Source: Malacoraja senta
Taxonomy: Eukaryota
Length of the DNA stretch: 64,000 nt
Direction of reading: 5' to 3'
Assembly (NCBI GenBank): GCA_038087875.1
Contig: JAXLNO010005141.1
Location: 1 to 64,000, forward strand
Position 1 is the stretch's first letter. Each line of letters starts with the position of its first letter. The notes under the pieces were generated by a model. It made no database searches. It saw only the letters and a list, made by a program, of their open reading frames with translations, and was not told where the DNA came from. Made by a program: the position numbers and the translations under genes. This document shows, piece by piece, positions 11,417-24,128 of this stretch.

Positions 11417-11612
11417 AGGGCCTGTCCCACTTTCACGACCTAATTCACGACCTTTTTCATCATGCTAGAAAAACGCCCGACCTACTTGATGCCACGAGTA
11501 CCTACGACTAGCATCATGACCTGCTACGACCTACTGTCGACCATGCTGCGAGTATGTCAAGGGCAAACTCGGCAGAGGTCGTGAATTAGGTTGTGAAAGT
11601 GGGACAGACCCT
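11417..11612. mobile_element. PIF/Harbinger-type MITE
   Basis: About 34-bp TIR AGGGCCTGTCCCACTTTCACGACCTAATTCACGACCT; TAA TSD at 11414-11416 and 11613-11615. Confidence 0.88.
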
Positions 11613-12564
11613 TAAGTATGAAACTCTCTAGCTCCTGAAGCTCTCTCCCCATTCATTCAATTGGCTTTATAACGAGAGGAATGCATCTGCCATTGCCCTG
11701 CCCAACTCACCAGTTAATATCATTCTATAGTCTAAAGCTGCAGGTAGTTCATTGATAACACAATAGTTGTTTTCCTAATAAATCTTGTGTTATCATTGCA
11801 TACAGTAGAATTAGCCTTACGCATGTAAAATTGCGCACATATTCCATGAATGGTCGAGCTCCAAGGACCATTGAGGAACATAGGGACCTAGGTCTTCTTA
11901 TCGAATCCACACACAAGATTAGAACTTGTTCAGCCAGAGCTGAACACACTTCTCGGCATCTGGCTACAATGGTGTCTGTCTTGCACTTTGTGTCACTTCT
12001 TGTGCGTGGTGGTGGAAAGATTGGTGGAAACAGGGCCGTGACGTGAACGCTCTTTCCTTGACCCCGGGGACCTAGGTATACAAGCCCAAATATCCCTGAA
12101 GGTGCAGCACATGTAGATAGAGTGCGATGCAATGTTACAGCTATGATAGGCTGGGCTTATGTTCTTTGCAGCAGTGGGTGGGTGATGGATCTGATAGAGG
12201 TATATATGAACGGCATGAATTGGGTAGCTATTATAATACTTTTCCACATGGTGGAAGTCTTTTCACTGTACCTCAGTACATGCGACAATAAATAAACTAA
12301 ACATCTCTAAGATCTAAGGGCACAAGTTTAAAATGAGGAGTGAGAGTAATGGTGGGGATCACTGAAATAACTTTTTCAGTAGGTGTTTGCAACCTGGAAG
12401 GCACCGCCTGATAAGGTGTAGACGAAGATACTCGCACAAAATCTCAGGAGCATTTGGACAAGCATCTGCATTGACTAAGGCAGAATTGGCACAAGCTAAG
12501 TGGTGGTAAATGGGATTAGGTTACATAAGAATCCAAAGGTCAGCATATATATATAAATCTGTAT

Positions 12565-12682
12565 AGGGTCAAGACCTGAAACGTCACCCATTCCTTCTCT
12601 CCAGAGGTGCTGCCTGTCCCGCTGACTTACTCCAGCTTTTTGTGTCTATCTTCAGCTTAAATCAGCATCTGCAGTTCCTTCT
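12565..12682 (+). mobile_element. Penelope-derived short element
   Basis: AGGGTCAAGACCTGAAACGTCACC..GCTGCCTGTCCCGCTGAC..CAGCATCTGCAGTTCCTTCT. Confidence 0.75.
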
Positions 12683-13806
12683 CAAAGTGCCTGTTTCTGT
12701 GATGTGTTGACGCTACGATTCAAAATACTGGAAATATCCATTACATTTGACTGATTCCTGGCATGCCAAAAAAAACAATATTATGGTTATTGTGGCTTAG
12801 ACGTCCACAGTCATTTACGCAGAATATATGTCCAAGCAGTGAGTCACATTTGACGACCAACTGATCTGCCGTTTTATATTCAATGGTGAGAGCTCTGGTA
12901 TTAATCTTGCTCTCAATAGTGGTAATTTGCTGGAGGTGGTTTAGCTTGAAATTAGCTCAGCTTTAAAATATTATTTCTAGCATTGTGGAATGCCTGACTC
13001 ATTCAGTTCATCTTCAAGTACCTCTACTCAAATGACGCATGAATGTTTTTTTTCACGTTTTGGCCCTTTTCTTCCCCCTCCCCTACACTGTATCCTTTCT
13101 TTACTTTGCCTTTGATCATCAAGTTGCGGACCTGAATCTTTCAGCATCTATCCTTTCTTATTCTTTGAATACTGTTGCAGGCTCAGCTCTCCGTTAGATT
13201 ATTCTACACCGTCCTTTTGTGTGATTTTTGATAAGTCCCAGTAGGCCCCCCTCCAAAGCAATTGTCACTGATCCTACTGAGCCCCAATGTGAATTGGTAC
13301 ATACAATGCTCTTCCTTTTGCAGGTCAATTGGACCAGCATAGGCTTAGTGTATCAACATCCCTTACCTTCCACTCTGTTTCCAGCTCTGATTGGATTTTA
13401 TAGGTGAACCAGCTATCACTGCCACTCCACATATTTCACTCCATAATATCCATTAACCTACAAACAAGGTCCATACCATTAATAATTAATTATACAAATT
13501 TGTCACATTTACACCACATAGAATTACATTAAATCATTTACACAAAACAGCATCTGCAGTTCCTTCTCAACGTGCCTGTTTCTGTGATGTGTTGACGCTA
13601 CGATTCAAAATACTGGAAAAATCCATTACATTCGACTGATTCCTGGCATGCCAAAAAACCAATATTATGGTTATTGTGGCTTAGACGTCCACAGTCATTT
13701 ACGTAGAATATATGTCCAAGCAGTGAGTCACATTTGACGACCAACTGATCTGCCGTTTTAGATTCAATGGTGAGACCTCTGGTATTAATCTTGCTCTCAA
13801 TAGTGG
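12663..13806 (+). repeat. Local direct duplication, about 260-bp unit (12663-12922 and 13548-13806)
   Basis: Two copies with only a handful of differences, separated by about 625 bp. Confidence 0.93.
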
Positions 13807-15759
13807 ACATTCGAGCACTTAATGTCCACATTTATGCTCCACTGCAGCCTGTTTGTCTTTTCACGTCTAAATGTATCGGCATAACCCTCTATCCTCTTCT
13901 CCCCAAATGACAATCTAGGCTCCCCCTTAAATACATTAAGTACATTTGTCATTTCAACCAGAACCTCTGTTGCCGAATTCCACATTCCGAGCATTTAAAA
14001 AATAAAGCAGCCCTTCAGCATTCCTAATTTGATTTCTTGACACCAGCTAGATTAATGGCTTCTAATTTAGCACATCCTCACAAGTGGAAGTATTCTGTTT
14101 TTGTGCAACTAAAACCTTTTTCCATATTAAAGAGCTAGTTACTCATCCCTTGCCCTCCTCCCAAAAGAAATGAGACCTACTTAAATCTTCTCCAGTGCAA
14201 CTGTATTTTTTTCATTATATAGTAACTAGAACTGTATAGTGTAGTTTAATCAAATTTCAATATAGGTTTAGGATACGTTCACAACTTTTCAATTCTATGC
14301 TTTGCTTTTAAAAAAAAATTACTTTCTTCATTTCTGGTGCCCTAATTAATAATTGTTGCATTTGGACACAAAGATCTTTGTATTCTTATACAATACCAAA
14401 TAATGAGTGATCTCTTGTCTTCCAATCAGAGCATGTCACCTTTATCTGTGTTAATTAATATATCCCTTTTTACAAGTTTATTAATGACTAAGTTGCTGTA
14501 GTCCTGAGTATTAAATATTTCTCCAAGTTTGATACCGTCTGCAAATTTAGAAATCTCAATTCCACAGCTATCCCTTCCTACCTTAAGGGTTCATGATGGG
14601 ATCTTGGAAGATTTGGTCCACGTGCCTCATGAGAAACACCTTTCGTCAAAGGCTAGCTAGCAGCGATTATGAAATTCAACATTTCCTTCATAAACCAAGT
14701 CCTTCAATTTACGCGCAGGGGTATATGAGGATTAAGCGTTCAGACCCGTCACAAATCTCATGGTTTACCAGGTAACAAGAGTCCATGCTCCCATGTAAGC
14801 TTCGGAGATTTGGACTACACACATTCTATTGGCAAAATATGAATACTCCAGGGAATATTGCAAAATCTTCCAAATGTATTCTAAGGATGAACAAAACAAT
14901 GTCAATGCCCTCTCCTATGCCAACATCCCCAGCAGAGGGTCTGGTTACACTCATTTGGCTGTGTTAGTCAGGTGAAATCATTCACATGCCAAACACCAGA
15001 CTCTCAAAATCAACTTACAACCTGCAGTTGAATCTATGCATGTCTGCAGTTCCCACACCAGCTGCCCCAGAGCCTACAAAATGAAACGGGTTATCCTCAA
15101 TCCTGAGGGATTGCCTCAAGATACTTGTTTCTAAATGAAAATCTATTATTTTAATATTTTCCCTACATATTAAAATGATCTATGATTTCTTAGGTATGGT
15201 AAATCACTCTTCTTATAGATATTTCATTACTTTTAAAAATTCTTCAGCAGTATACCTTCAGCAATGCCTCTCCTATATGTTCCCTAGATTATTTTAAGAT
15301 GGATGGATGCATAGTCCACCAGTTCTATCTCTCTGGTAAATACTGAAGAACATTTCTGCCTTTTCCTGTTACCTATTATATACATTGGTCAATCCATTAA
15401 TTTAATAATTCTTAGCCAATCTTTCTTTTTTGCCGATTGAAAATATTTTGTCTTTTGATAATTCATTTTCAGTTTCCCTTGGCTTTCCTATCTGTTGTAT
15501 AACCTTCCCCCAATCCTTTTATATTATCTTATCAAGTACTCATCCTGTTTATGTATCTTACCCTGAATTGTTCCTTTATAATCTATCCATACACCATGAC
15601 TGTTTGGTGTGTTCTATTTAGCTGAATATTGTTTCCCCCCTTGCTGTTGAACATCTACTAAATGTCTCACAATGTTGTTCAAAATACAATGTTTGCCAAT
15701 ATTATTCCCCATCTTTTTGCCAATTTCTATTGGCATAATTAATAAAAGTTACTACCTCT

Positions 15760-16022
15760 CCGCTCCGCAGTGTTCACTCTTGGCCTCCAGTGCCATCTTT
15801 GTGGAGTTTGCACATTTGTTCTTCGACCACGTGGGTTTCCTCCTATCTCAGAGATTTGTGTGTTGGTCGGTCAGTTTGCCATTGTATATTGTCTCGGTAT
15901 GCAGGTGTATAATAGAATTGGGGTGGGGGATATTGGATTTATAAAAGCCATGTAGATAGAATCAGTGTAAATAGGTGTTTGATTAGGTGGACCAAAGGCC
16001 TGTTTTAATGCTGTATTTCTCC
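15760..16022 (+). mobile_element. Degenerate V-SINE
   Basis: GTGGAGTTTGCACATT..CCACGTGGGTTTCCT..GGACCAAAGGCCTGTT. Confidence 0.6.
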
Positions 16023-16790
16023 ATTCTCATCGCAGTCTGAATGAAAATATGACCCAAGAGATGACAACACCTTTCACCTTAATGAAATTCCCTGACCTGT
16101 TCTACATAATTCACCCCACCAGTCACTGCAGACACTCTTGCCCCAAACTTAAAATCATACATCGATTTCTCACTATTCCTCTGGCAAATTCACCTCTATT
16201 ATCTTGTTCCATCACATAAGTTTAATTTTAATCTCTACTGTTCTGTGCAGCTAACATAGCTCTCCTGTAAAGATTCACTCAATCACAAGTTTTCTTTATT
16301 TTCCATCTCCCATTCTTATCTTCTTTTCCTGAAGTGCCGATACGTCACTGGAGGCATGGGAGCATATTGCTGATGAGGATGAAAAAGCGACATTTTCTTG
16401 TGAAAAATATTTACTGATAATGGAAATTGCAATGTGGTGTTATCCACACACATGTGACCGTAATAAATCAAGCACTAATATCAAATGTTTCCAGGTGTAA
16501 GAACATAATCGTCATGTGGCAAGAGACACAGATGAGCTCAGAGGAGTTGGGGTTGAGGAGCATCAGGCAGATCTCTGCAGGAAATCTGGTGAGCTTGAAT
16601 CTGTCATCTTCTTCATACGTCTAATTCACAAATTAAAGATTGGCACTGTTTATCAACTTGGAATTAATGAAAGCAGCACCAGTAACTGTTTCCTTTTTAG
16701 ATATTAACATTTCACAAGGCATACATCATGATATTGCCATCTCCTACAATAAGAAAAGTCTTTGTGAGTTTATAGATAACATATACACGT

Positions 16791-16971
16791 TAGTCAAAAT
16801 TGCTGGCGAAACTCAGCGGGTGCGGCAGCATCTATGGAGCGAAGGAAATAGGCAACGTTTCGGCCCGAAACGTTGCCTATTTCCTTCGCTCCATAGATGC
16901 TACCGCACCCGTTGAGTTTCGCCAGCAATTTTGACTACCTTCGATTTTCCAGCATCTGCAGTTCCTTCTTG
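16791..16971. mobile_element. Penelope-derived element with 147-bp palindrome and 16-bp TSD
   Basis: Inverted arms 16791-16937 centred on TTTCGGCCCGAAA; AACATATACA(C/T)GTTAG at 16778-16793 and 16972-16987. Confidence 0.85.
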
Positions 16972-17492
16972 AACATATACATGTTAGGTTGCCAATGCTT
17001 GTAACTTGTAAACAGATGTACTATAGCAAAAATTAGGTGAAGGCTGACAATTGAATGGAAACAAAATAGTTATTTTAAAATTACTCAAAACTGTTCTTCC
17101 TGTTCTAATCACATCAACTCCTCTTCAGTTATCACCGGTGCATTCTGATTCATACCATTACATTTAAAAAAGCCCCGTTTTTTAAAACACCCATCCTGGT
17201 TTTCAACTCTATCCAAGGCATTGGCCCTTCCAATCTTTGTAATCTTCCTCTCCCGTACAATTTTCCGAGATAACTGTGATTAAGTTTAATAAGTTTGGTT
17301 TAGTTCTCTAGACTAAAAATCTGAACTAAATACTGTAACTGTGATCGTCCATATTGTTTTTCTCTTCAGCATTCCCAATTTTAATTATTTCAATTGCCCT
17401 GAGAAATTTTACCAGGCCAAGAGTGCTGCATGGAAATGCAAGTTGTTATTGTTATAACAGCATATTGTGACAAATGTTCATGTGTGGAATAT

Positions 17493-17806
17493 ACATATAA
17501 AATTATAAAAGGACTGGACAAGCTAGATGCAGGAAAAATGTTCCCAATGTTGGGCAAGTCCAGAACCAGGGGCCACAGTTGTGAATTTGTGGAATTCCCT
17601 GCCACAGAGGGCAGTGGAGAGGCCAAGTCACTGGATGGATTTAAGAGAGAGTTAGATAGAGCTCTATGGGCTAGTGGAATCAAGGGATATGGGGAGAAGG
17701 CAGGCACAGGTTATTGATAGGGGATGATCAGTCATGATCACAATGAATGGCGGTGCTGGCTCGAAGGGCCGAATGGCCTCCTCCTGCACCTATTTTCTAT
17801 GTTTCT
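17493..17806 (+). mobile_element. CR1 LINE 3' end with internal deletion
   Basis: TYKIIKGLDKLDAGKMFPMLGKSRTRGHS..FKRELDRAL; CR1 3' UTR. Confidence 0.9.
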
Positions 17807-19103
17807 ATATGCGGAGATCCACATAATTTGTTACAGTGCATTTCAACATTCGCAGAAAGGCTATTGACAGAACAATGCAATTGTGCATCTTTGTAATAGA
17901 GCAATGGGTGAAGGTCTCCAGCAAGTAAATTCTAATTAAGGATTTACAAAATATACTGACTAGAAATTATCAATCACACCTGCAGCAAAATCTAATTTAA
18001 TACAACTAATTTAAAAGGATTTGTACAACAAAACATCCTATCCAATTTAAATCATTTAGCCGATAAATTCTTTCTAAAAACCAATTTTCAAAAATGGAAA
18101 TACTTCTGAACACCCCTGACAGAATTTCAGTCTGGATAATGCTGAAAAAAAGTGGGAGATACCCATTATTTTTCAAATGTAATAAACACATGAAAGATTC
18201 CTGGTCACTAGTTGTACTCATCTCTGAATATTTAGTTTCACATCTTTCAATGGAAACAAATGTACAGATACATGCAATCAGCACCGGATGCTCTCGTGTG
18301 CATTTAGTATGCAAAACAAGAAAATTTCACCCCCAATTCTGCTATTTCTTAAATAGCTAAGAGATGCAGCTTATAACAGAGTTTGTTTTATTGCAACATA
18401 AAATCTCCAAGGTACTAACAGACAAAAAGCTTTACATTTTCCCAGAAGCATTGAAATGTTGCATGATTTTACAAAAGAATTCCAACCTTTGTGTAATGCT
18501 CGTGTATTTAGCTCCCACACACCAAGTTCTTCGATTAGCTTTAACCATTAGCTTTTACCATTACTTGTATTTAGAGAAAAATATTTGAAAAGACAGGATC
18601 ATAACTCCTTTTATTTTTGAGATGGTCCAAATGAAGTGGTTTATTGTCAGAATATTTATTTCTTTTTTTTTCAAGCAAATATTTCTCTTCTTGTTCCTCA
18701 GTTAAGAGCTGGCCTGTAACCTTAGTCCAGGCTTCTTTTATGCTACTTTGTTCAGAACTTCTAATGAAAATATTAGTACTTCCACTACTGTGATCAGCAC
18801 AGATCAGGGATCAAATCCAAAGATTTCACCCTATCTATCTCTGTACCATGACACCCTGCTTAACTAATTAAGCAAGTATAGTTTTATAAAGAATGCAAAG
18901 TGGCCAAGTTCTGTTAACAATATTCTTTATTAGGAGCACGTGACGGATAAACCAAATTCTTCCATACATTCTACAAATACTGTAATTACTTACTTCAGTC
19001 CGTACTTGCCTGGAAAAACTTTTTTTTGCAGTATTACAAATAGATGCAATTAAACAAAAACATGGTACAATTATTACTTCCAATCACACGTAATTCATCA
19101 AAT

Positions 19104-19109
19104 TTTATT
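19104..19109 (-). promoter_or_regulatory. Candidate MEI1 polyadenylation signal AATAAA (alternative at 18926-18931)
   Basis: AATAAA about 90 nt downstream of the stop codon; the region is AT-rich, so specificity is low. Confidence 0.4.
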
Positions 19110-19198
19110 TACACCAATTCCCAGAGCCACATGTATTTTGTGAAGAGGAAGCTGGTTTAATCCATATAACAATGAAAATGTAGTCTTGATTTGATTCC

Positions 19199-19256
19199 CT
19201 ATTCCCTGTTGCAGCTGGAGACATCAGACAGACAGACTGCTAATTTGCCAATAAAT
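19199..19256 (-). CDS. MEI1: MEI1 terminal coding exon, 58 nt: (I)FIGKLAVCLSDVSSCNRE*
   Basis: catcacag acceptor preceded by U12-like branch site; phase 2 matches; resembles human C-terminus LCLGGVAVSLSHIRN; TAG at 19199-19201. Confidence 0.82.
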
Positions 19257-19988
19257 CTGTGATGCATGGTTAATGAAAATACCCAAATGAAATAAGTACT
19301 AATAATTGTCAGTTCAAAGTGATACAGTTTATTAACATTGTTTTTCTCATAAACTTATAACCTTCTTTTCAATGATGCTGCATCATAATGATGTACGACT
19401 CCTTGGGTATCGGTGTACTATTTTCATGAGTACTAAGACAGTGAAAAACTTTGTGTGCTATCAAACATAGCATGCCAGACACAAGTACATCAGGTAGTAC
19501 AAAAGAGAAAATATACAGAGAGCAGAATGTTGTTACAGCTGCAGAGAAAGTGCCAATTAAAAAAAACTGCAACGGCCAGAATGAGATAGATTGGAAGATC
19601 AGGTTATCAGCCTTAGCATACGAGAGGACCGTTTAAGAGTCAATAACAGCAGGGAAGAAGCTGTTCTTTAACCCAGTGGTGCTTTCAGGCATTTTCACCT
19701 TCTGCTCAATGGGAGAGAGGGAAAAAATAGAGAATAATGGAGGTGTGCCGTTTCCCTGAGATATCATGAAATATAGATGAAGTCAATGGGATGGGTTGGG
19801 GAGTGGGGTATCTGGTTTGTATGCACAACTCTTGGCAATTTCTTGTGGTCATGGGCACCACATTTGCCATACCTCTCTTTAGGATTCATTTAAGCCTATG
19901 TGTCATGGCAAGTATTTGGAAGTGTAATTTTGAGGATGAGTTATTTGAGTGTACTCCAGGCAAGGAATTCTGGAACCAACCAGGACAG

Positions 19989-20228
19989 ATTTTTTACACA
20001 GAGAGTGGTGAATCTGTGGAATTCTCTGCCACAGAGGGTAGTTGAGGCCAGTTCATTGGCTATATTTAAGAGGGAGTTAGATGTGGCCCTTGTGGCTAAA
20101 GGGATCAGGGGGTATGGAGAGAAGGCAGGGATGGGATACTGAGTTGGATGGATATCGAATGGCGGTGCAGGCTCGAAGGGCCGAATGGCCTACTCCTGCA
20201 CCTATTTTCTATGTTTCTATGTTTCTAT
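19989..20228 (+). mobile_element. CR1 LINE 3' end inside the U12 intron
   Basis: FFTQRVVNLWNSLPQRVVEA; (ATGTTTCT)n tail. Confidence 0.9.
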
Positions 20229-20639
20229 TTCTTTAGTTCTCATCATGAATAATGTGACAAGATTAATTAATGAAGCCATAATGAAGTAAAGGACCCTGAT
20301 GATGAGTGATATAGAATTTCATATTCAGTTTAAGAGTGGAAAACTGAAAGTCTAAAACTGATGCATTAAACTTAAATAAATCAATTTGTAAAACACGAAG
20401 CCCATTAGCTAATCTGGAGTGTGAAAACAGATTGAAATGTAAAATGCCAAATTAGCAACGAAGGGAGATACAATTTTCAACAAAACAAAATTAAATTCAA
20501 CAAATCTAAATTCCAAATAGAAATAAAATCTCTACAATGATAGAACTCAAGGATGCCATGAAATTGAATGAGTATCATGGTTGCATAGATTTGTGTAAGA
20601 TGGAAGATTGCAAAAGTTATAAAAACCTGCAACCGACAT

Positions 20640-21540
20640 CTCAAACCATTAAAGATGGATTACAAGAGTAAGCTGGTAATAAAAATAAGCTATAAGTACA
20701 TAAAGAAGCAGTGTAGTTGAGGTAACTAAATATTGGTGGCAAAGAGGATGAGTGGGAATTGATACGGTGAATAAGGAAATATAGATAACACAAAAAGTAT
20801 CCTAACGGTAGTAGAAAATCAGGAGGGTGGGTCATAGCAATCAGTATCATTGAGGAACAGGAACTAGGCAAACTAAAGCTCCTTAGGAGACCCCTGGAGC
20901 TAATGCTTTCTATCCCAGGATTTTAAAAGAAGTATCTGCAAAAATACTGAATTGATTGATTGTGATCTTCTAAAATGTCTTGTATTTTGGAAATCGGGAA
21001 ATATATCACCTTTATTCAAGAAAGGAAGGAGACAGAAAGCTGAAACTATATGCCAGTTAGCCTGACATCTGTCATTGGGAAAAGAGGGGATAATCATTGT
21101 TAAGAAAGCAGTAGCAGGACATTCAGAAAATGATTCCCATAAGCCGATTCAATATAATTTTATGAATGGGAAAACATATTTGACAAATACACTTGAGTTA
21201 TTTGAAGATACAATGAGCAATGTGGATAAAAGGAAATCAGTAGATGCAGCATATTGGGATTCACAGAAAACATTCAATAAGATGTTATGTAAAACGTTAT
21301 GATTCAGGGAAGTGTCACAACATTGAGAATAGCATGGATAGGCTGACAACTGTCAAGGTAAATGGGTCATTTTAGAGTTGGCAAGTAACAATTAGCAGTG
21401 TGCCATATCGATCAATGCTGTGCCTACAATGATATACAACCTCTATTAATGACTTTGATGAAGGAAATAAGTGTAGTATTTGATGATAAAATAAAGGTGG
21501 GAAAGCGAGTTGCGAGAGAGGATACAAATAGTGTGTAATG
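20640..21540 (+). mobile_element. Old CR1 RT-region fragment
   Basis: Decayed PLFKKGRRQKA..PVSLTSVIGK, LTNTLELFED..VDAAYWDSQKTF motifs. Confidence 0.75.
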
Positions 21541-21856
21541 AGATATGGATTAGCCAAAAGACTAACCCAAGCAACATTGGGGTAAACCTTGTCTGAACCC
21601 TCTCCAAAGTCTCCATATCTTCCCTGTAATGGAACTAGATCAGGCAATACTCCAAATTTTACTGCAGCTTTCCAACATCTACAGTTTTATGTTTTATTTT
21701 CAATTATTTAAGACTGCATTCATCTTCTTATTCCATGTGACCTGGACAGCAGATTAATATGGTAACATGGCATTCAGAAAAATGAGTTATTGTATAATTT
21801 CCAAACTGCTAGCGCCATTCTATTTAGCGTGTAAAAATATAGAAAGCAAAGGATAC

Positions 21857-21975
21857 ATAATTTTCATGGCATCAGGTTGAGTTGAGGTTCTGTTCTCTAG
21901 ATCCTCCAACAAGGAATGGATAACCTCCATGTCCTTCTGCCCCATATTGAACAGTTTGCCACTTTGTAGATGCAA
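21857..21975 (-). CDS. MEI1: MEI1 penultimate coding exon, 119 nt, phase 0-2: LHLQSGKLFNMGQKDMEVIHSLLEDLENRTSTQPDAMKI
   Basis: tactttttag acceptor; U12-type donor GTATCCTTT; frame-compatible with both neighbours. Confidence 0.82.
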
Positions 21976-24128
21976 CTAAAAAGTAAATTAAAACATTTGA
22001 AGCTGGAAACCTACAGGAGTTACACACACACACCTCAAGTGTGAATGGCTTAATATACATCATAGATGGAATTGACACAATTCTTAAATGACATCCATGC
22101 ACATACCTGGGTGGAAATTGTGGCTCAAAGAGTTAGTTTGTGTCACTACCGTTTGCACCTTAGTATGTACTAATTTTTCTCTGAACTATTGTGTTGTGTT
22201 GATTTCAGAGGCACAAAATTAAAATGCAGCTTACTTCATATAGCATACTTCACATGTGATGGTCAGAAATTAAACCAGAAATCTGTCCACTCAAATGGAT
22301 GCCAAAGGTTGTGCAGCACAATTTTGAACAAGAGCACAGGTGCTCCCTCTAGTGTATTGGCCAATATATCTCAGCCAACGTCATTAGACTACATTATTGC
22401 TACTGTGTTCCCTAGATTAAAGCTGTAAAATACTTTGTTTACCTCAGGGCTGCGAAAGGTATAATATAAAAGCCATTACCAATGAGACAGGCCGACTCAG
22501 AACATAGCAGTCCACAAACTTGAGATCTTGATGCTCAGTCTATCTATAACATTCAATCAATCAAAACAGCTGTACAGCAGGCAGACTTCAACCCTGTCTT
22601 TATGGTGGAAATGTGTATGAATGTGAATGAACTGAACAGGAATGCGATGGAAATAATCACAAAGACTCATCCATGCTGATCCCACTTGTCTTATTTATGA
22701 CAGATGATATACCTTGCACTTGGGATTCTGCAATAAATATGAAGATTGGTTCCTGATTAATATCATTGAGGGGTAACTGAAATTTTAACCCAAGGGCAAT
22801 ACGGAAAGCTGATGTAATATCTTTGCTTGTATACAAACATGAGCAAGGCCATTAAAGGCTTGGTACTGTCAAGAGGGGCAAGAATAGTTGAATGAGTTGA
22901 CTACCTAATTGCAACCATCACCCCCTCACCTCTTCTATTACTAATCCGAATGCCAGGGATCATTCTGTTGAGCTTCCAGCTGTGGCCCAAATTCTTCCTC
23001 CCAATTGCTAGCCAACTACACCTTCTTGAACAAAAGTGATAGATTTGAAAATCTGCAGAGTTGGCAGGTCAGCAACATCCCAGAGAAGAATTATTGATCT
23101 GACACATTAACTCATTCTATTGATGTTGAGTGTCACCAGCATTTTCTGTTTTTATTACCAAACATTTTTCTACTGGATCTAGGAAGGAGACCAAAAGAGG
23201 CCTCGCAGCCAAGGTCCGAGTTACGATCTCCCGGTCTTTAGTCAAGAGGCCAAACAGTTCGTTCTTTGCCCAGGTCATGTGTTACACAAGCCCCATGGGG
23301 AATTTAAATTGGGGCTAATGTGTTTCCCACCGCACATGATACCACCTGAAAATGCCAAAATGGCAAATGTAGGTGCACGGATAGATTCATGTGAGCAGTA
23401 TTCAATAGCAATCACTAAACCTAGCAGAGGAATTGCTTTTAAAATATATCGAAGGATTTTGCATTTGTTCTCATGATCTCGACTGAATACATTAGTTGAA
23501 CACATAATCAAAGGCTGACGATCGTCAAAAACAGTCACTTTCATCTCAACTCTGTAACTCAGCTGTAATGAGCAGTAGTAAGCACCTTGTTTCTGAGTAA
23601 GGGTGAATTGACAGCAGCGATAAAGACTATTTTTTACATTTTTCTGATATTTAAGATTAGGCTGAAGGTGATAAGTGATAGCGAAGAATCACCAATTTTA
23701 ATGGTAATTAGATTGACATGTTTTTTTTCAAATTTGTTATTGATTACATAAATAAGTGTGCGGGCTCTGCCAGATTTCAGTGTAAAAATTGAATACAAAA
23801 ATTGATTATTTTATTGTCAGATTTATAACTGAAAATATGACAATTATTTACAATTTTGATATAAATAGGAAAAAAAAAGCCATTGTTTCTATTTGTACTG
23901 TTTGAAGGTGGTCTTTTTGATAACTATTCAGGCTTTAGCTATGTCATCCTCTTAAAAACAGTGTTTTCAAATTTGGCATTAAATTTAATTCTGATTCATA
24001 ACAGGTTCTTCTACAAGTTTATCTTTGTTTAGTTATCAAAATCATTTTGCAAAACCTACTTATTAGAAATGACCATATAGATTTTGCAAAAGCCAATTAA
24101 TTAGAGAATACATCGGAATATACTCCAC

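Larger units (their letters stand above)
9962..11630 (+). mobile_element. Tc1/mariner (Tigger/pogo-like) non-autonomous element, split by CR1 and MITE insertions
   Basis: TA|CAGGTAGTTCTGCTATAA left end; internal blocks (ACCTTCCCACAGTAATCAAAC, TTGTGCAATRATA) at 11130-11410 match the copy at 44082. Confidence 0.65.
19257..21856 (-). other. U12-type (minor spliceosome) GT-AG intron, last intron of MEI1, 2600 nt
   Basis: Donor GTATCCTTT (21856-21848); branch site TTTTCATTAAC (19279-19269) about 13 nt from the AG; no polypyrimidine tract. Confidence 0.85.

Noticed and set aside
16709-16743. Alternative MEI1 terminal exon candidate (ttgtag|GAGATGG...)
   Set aside because: No U12 branch site and no similarity to the MEI1 C-terminus. 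The 19199-19256 exon satisfies both.
18330-18415. ASLSYLRN resembling the human MEI1 end VSLSHIRN
   Set aside because: An in-frame stop lies immediately upstream and there is no phase-compatible acceptor. Coincidence.
23170-23345. GC-richer intronic segment with small palindromes, possible snRNA or snoRNA
   Set aside because: No match to snRNA sequences I recall and no convincing C/D or H/ACA boxes. It cannot be supported without an Rfam search.
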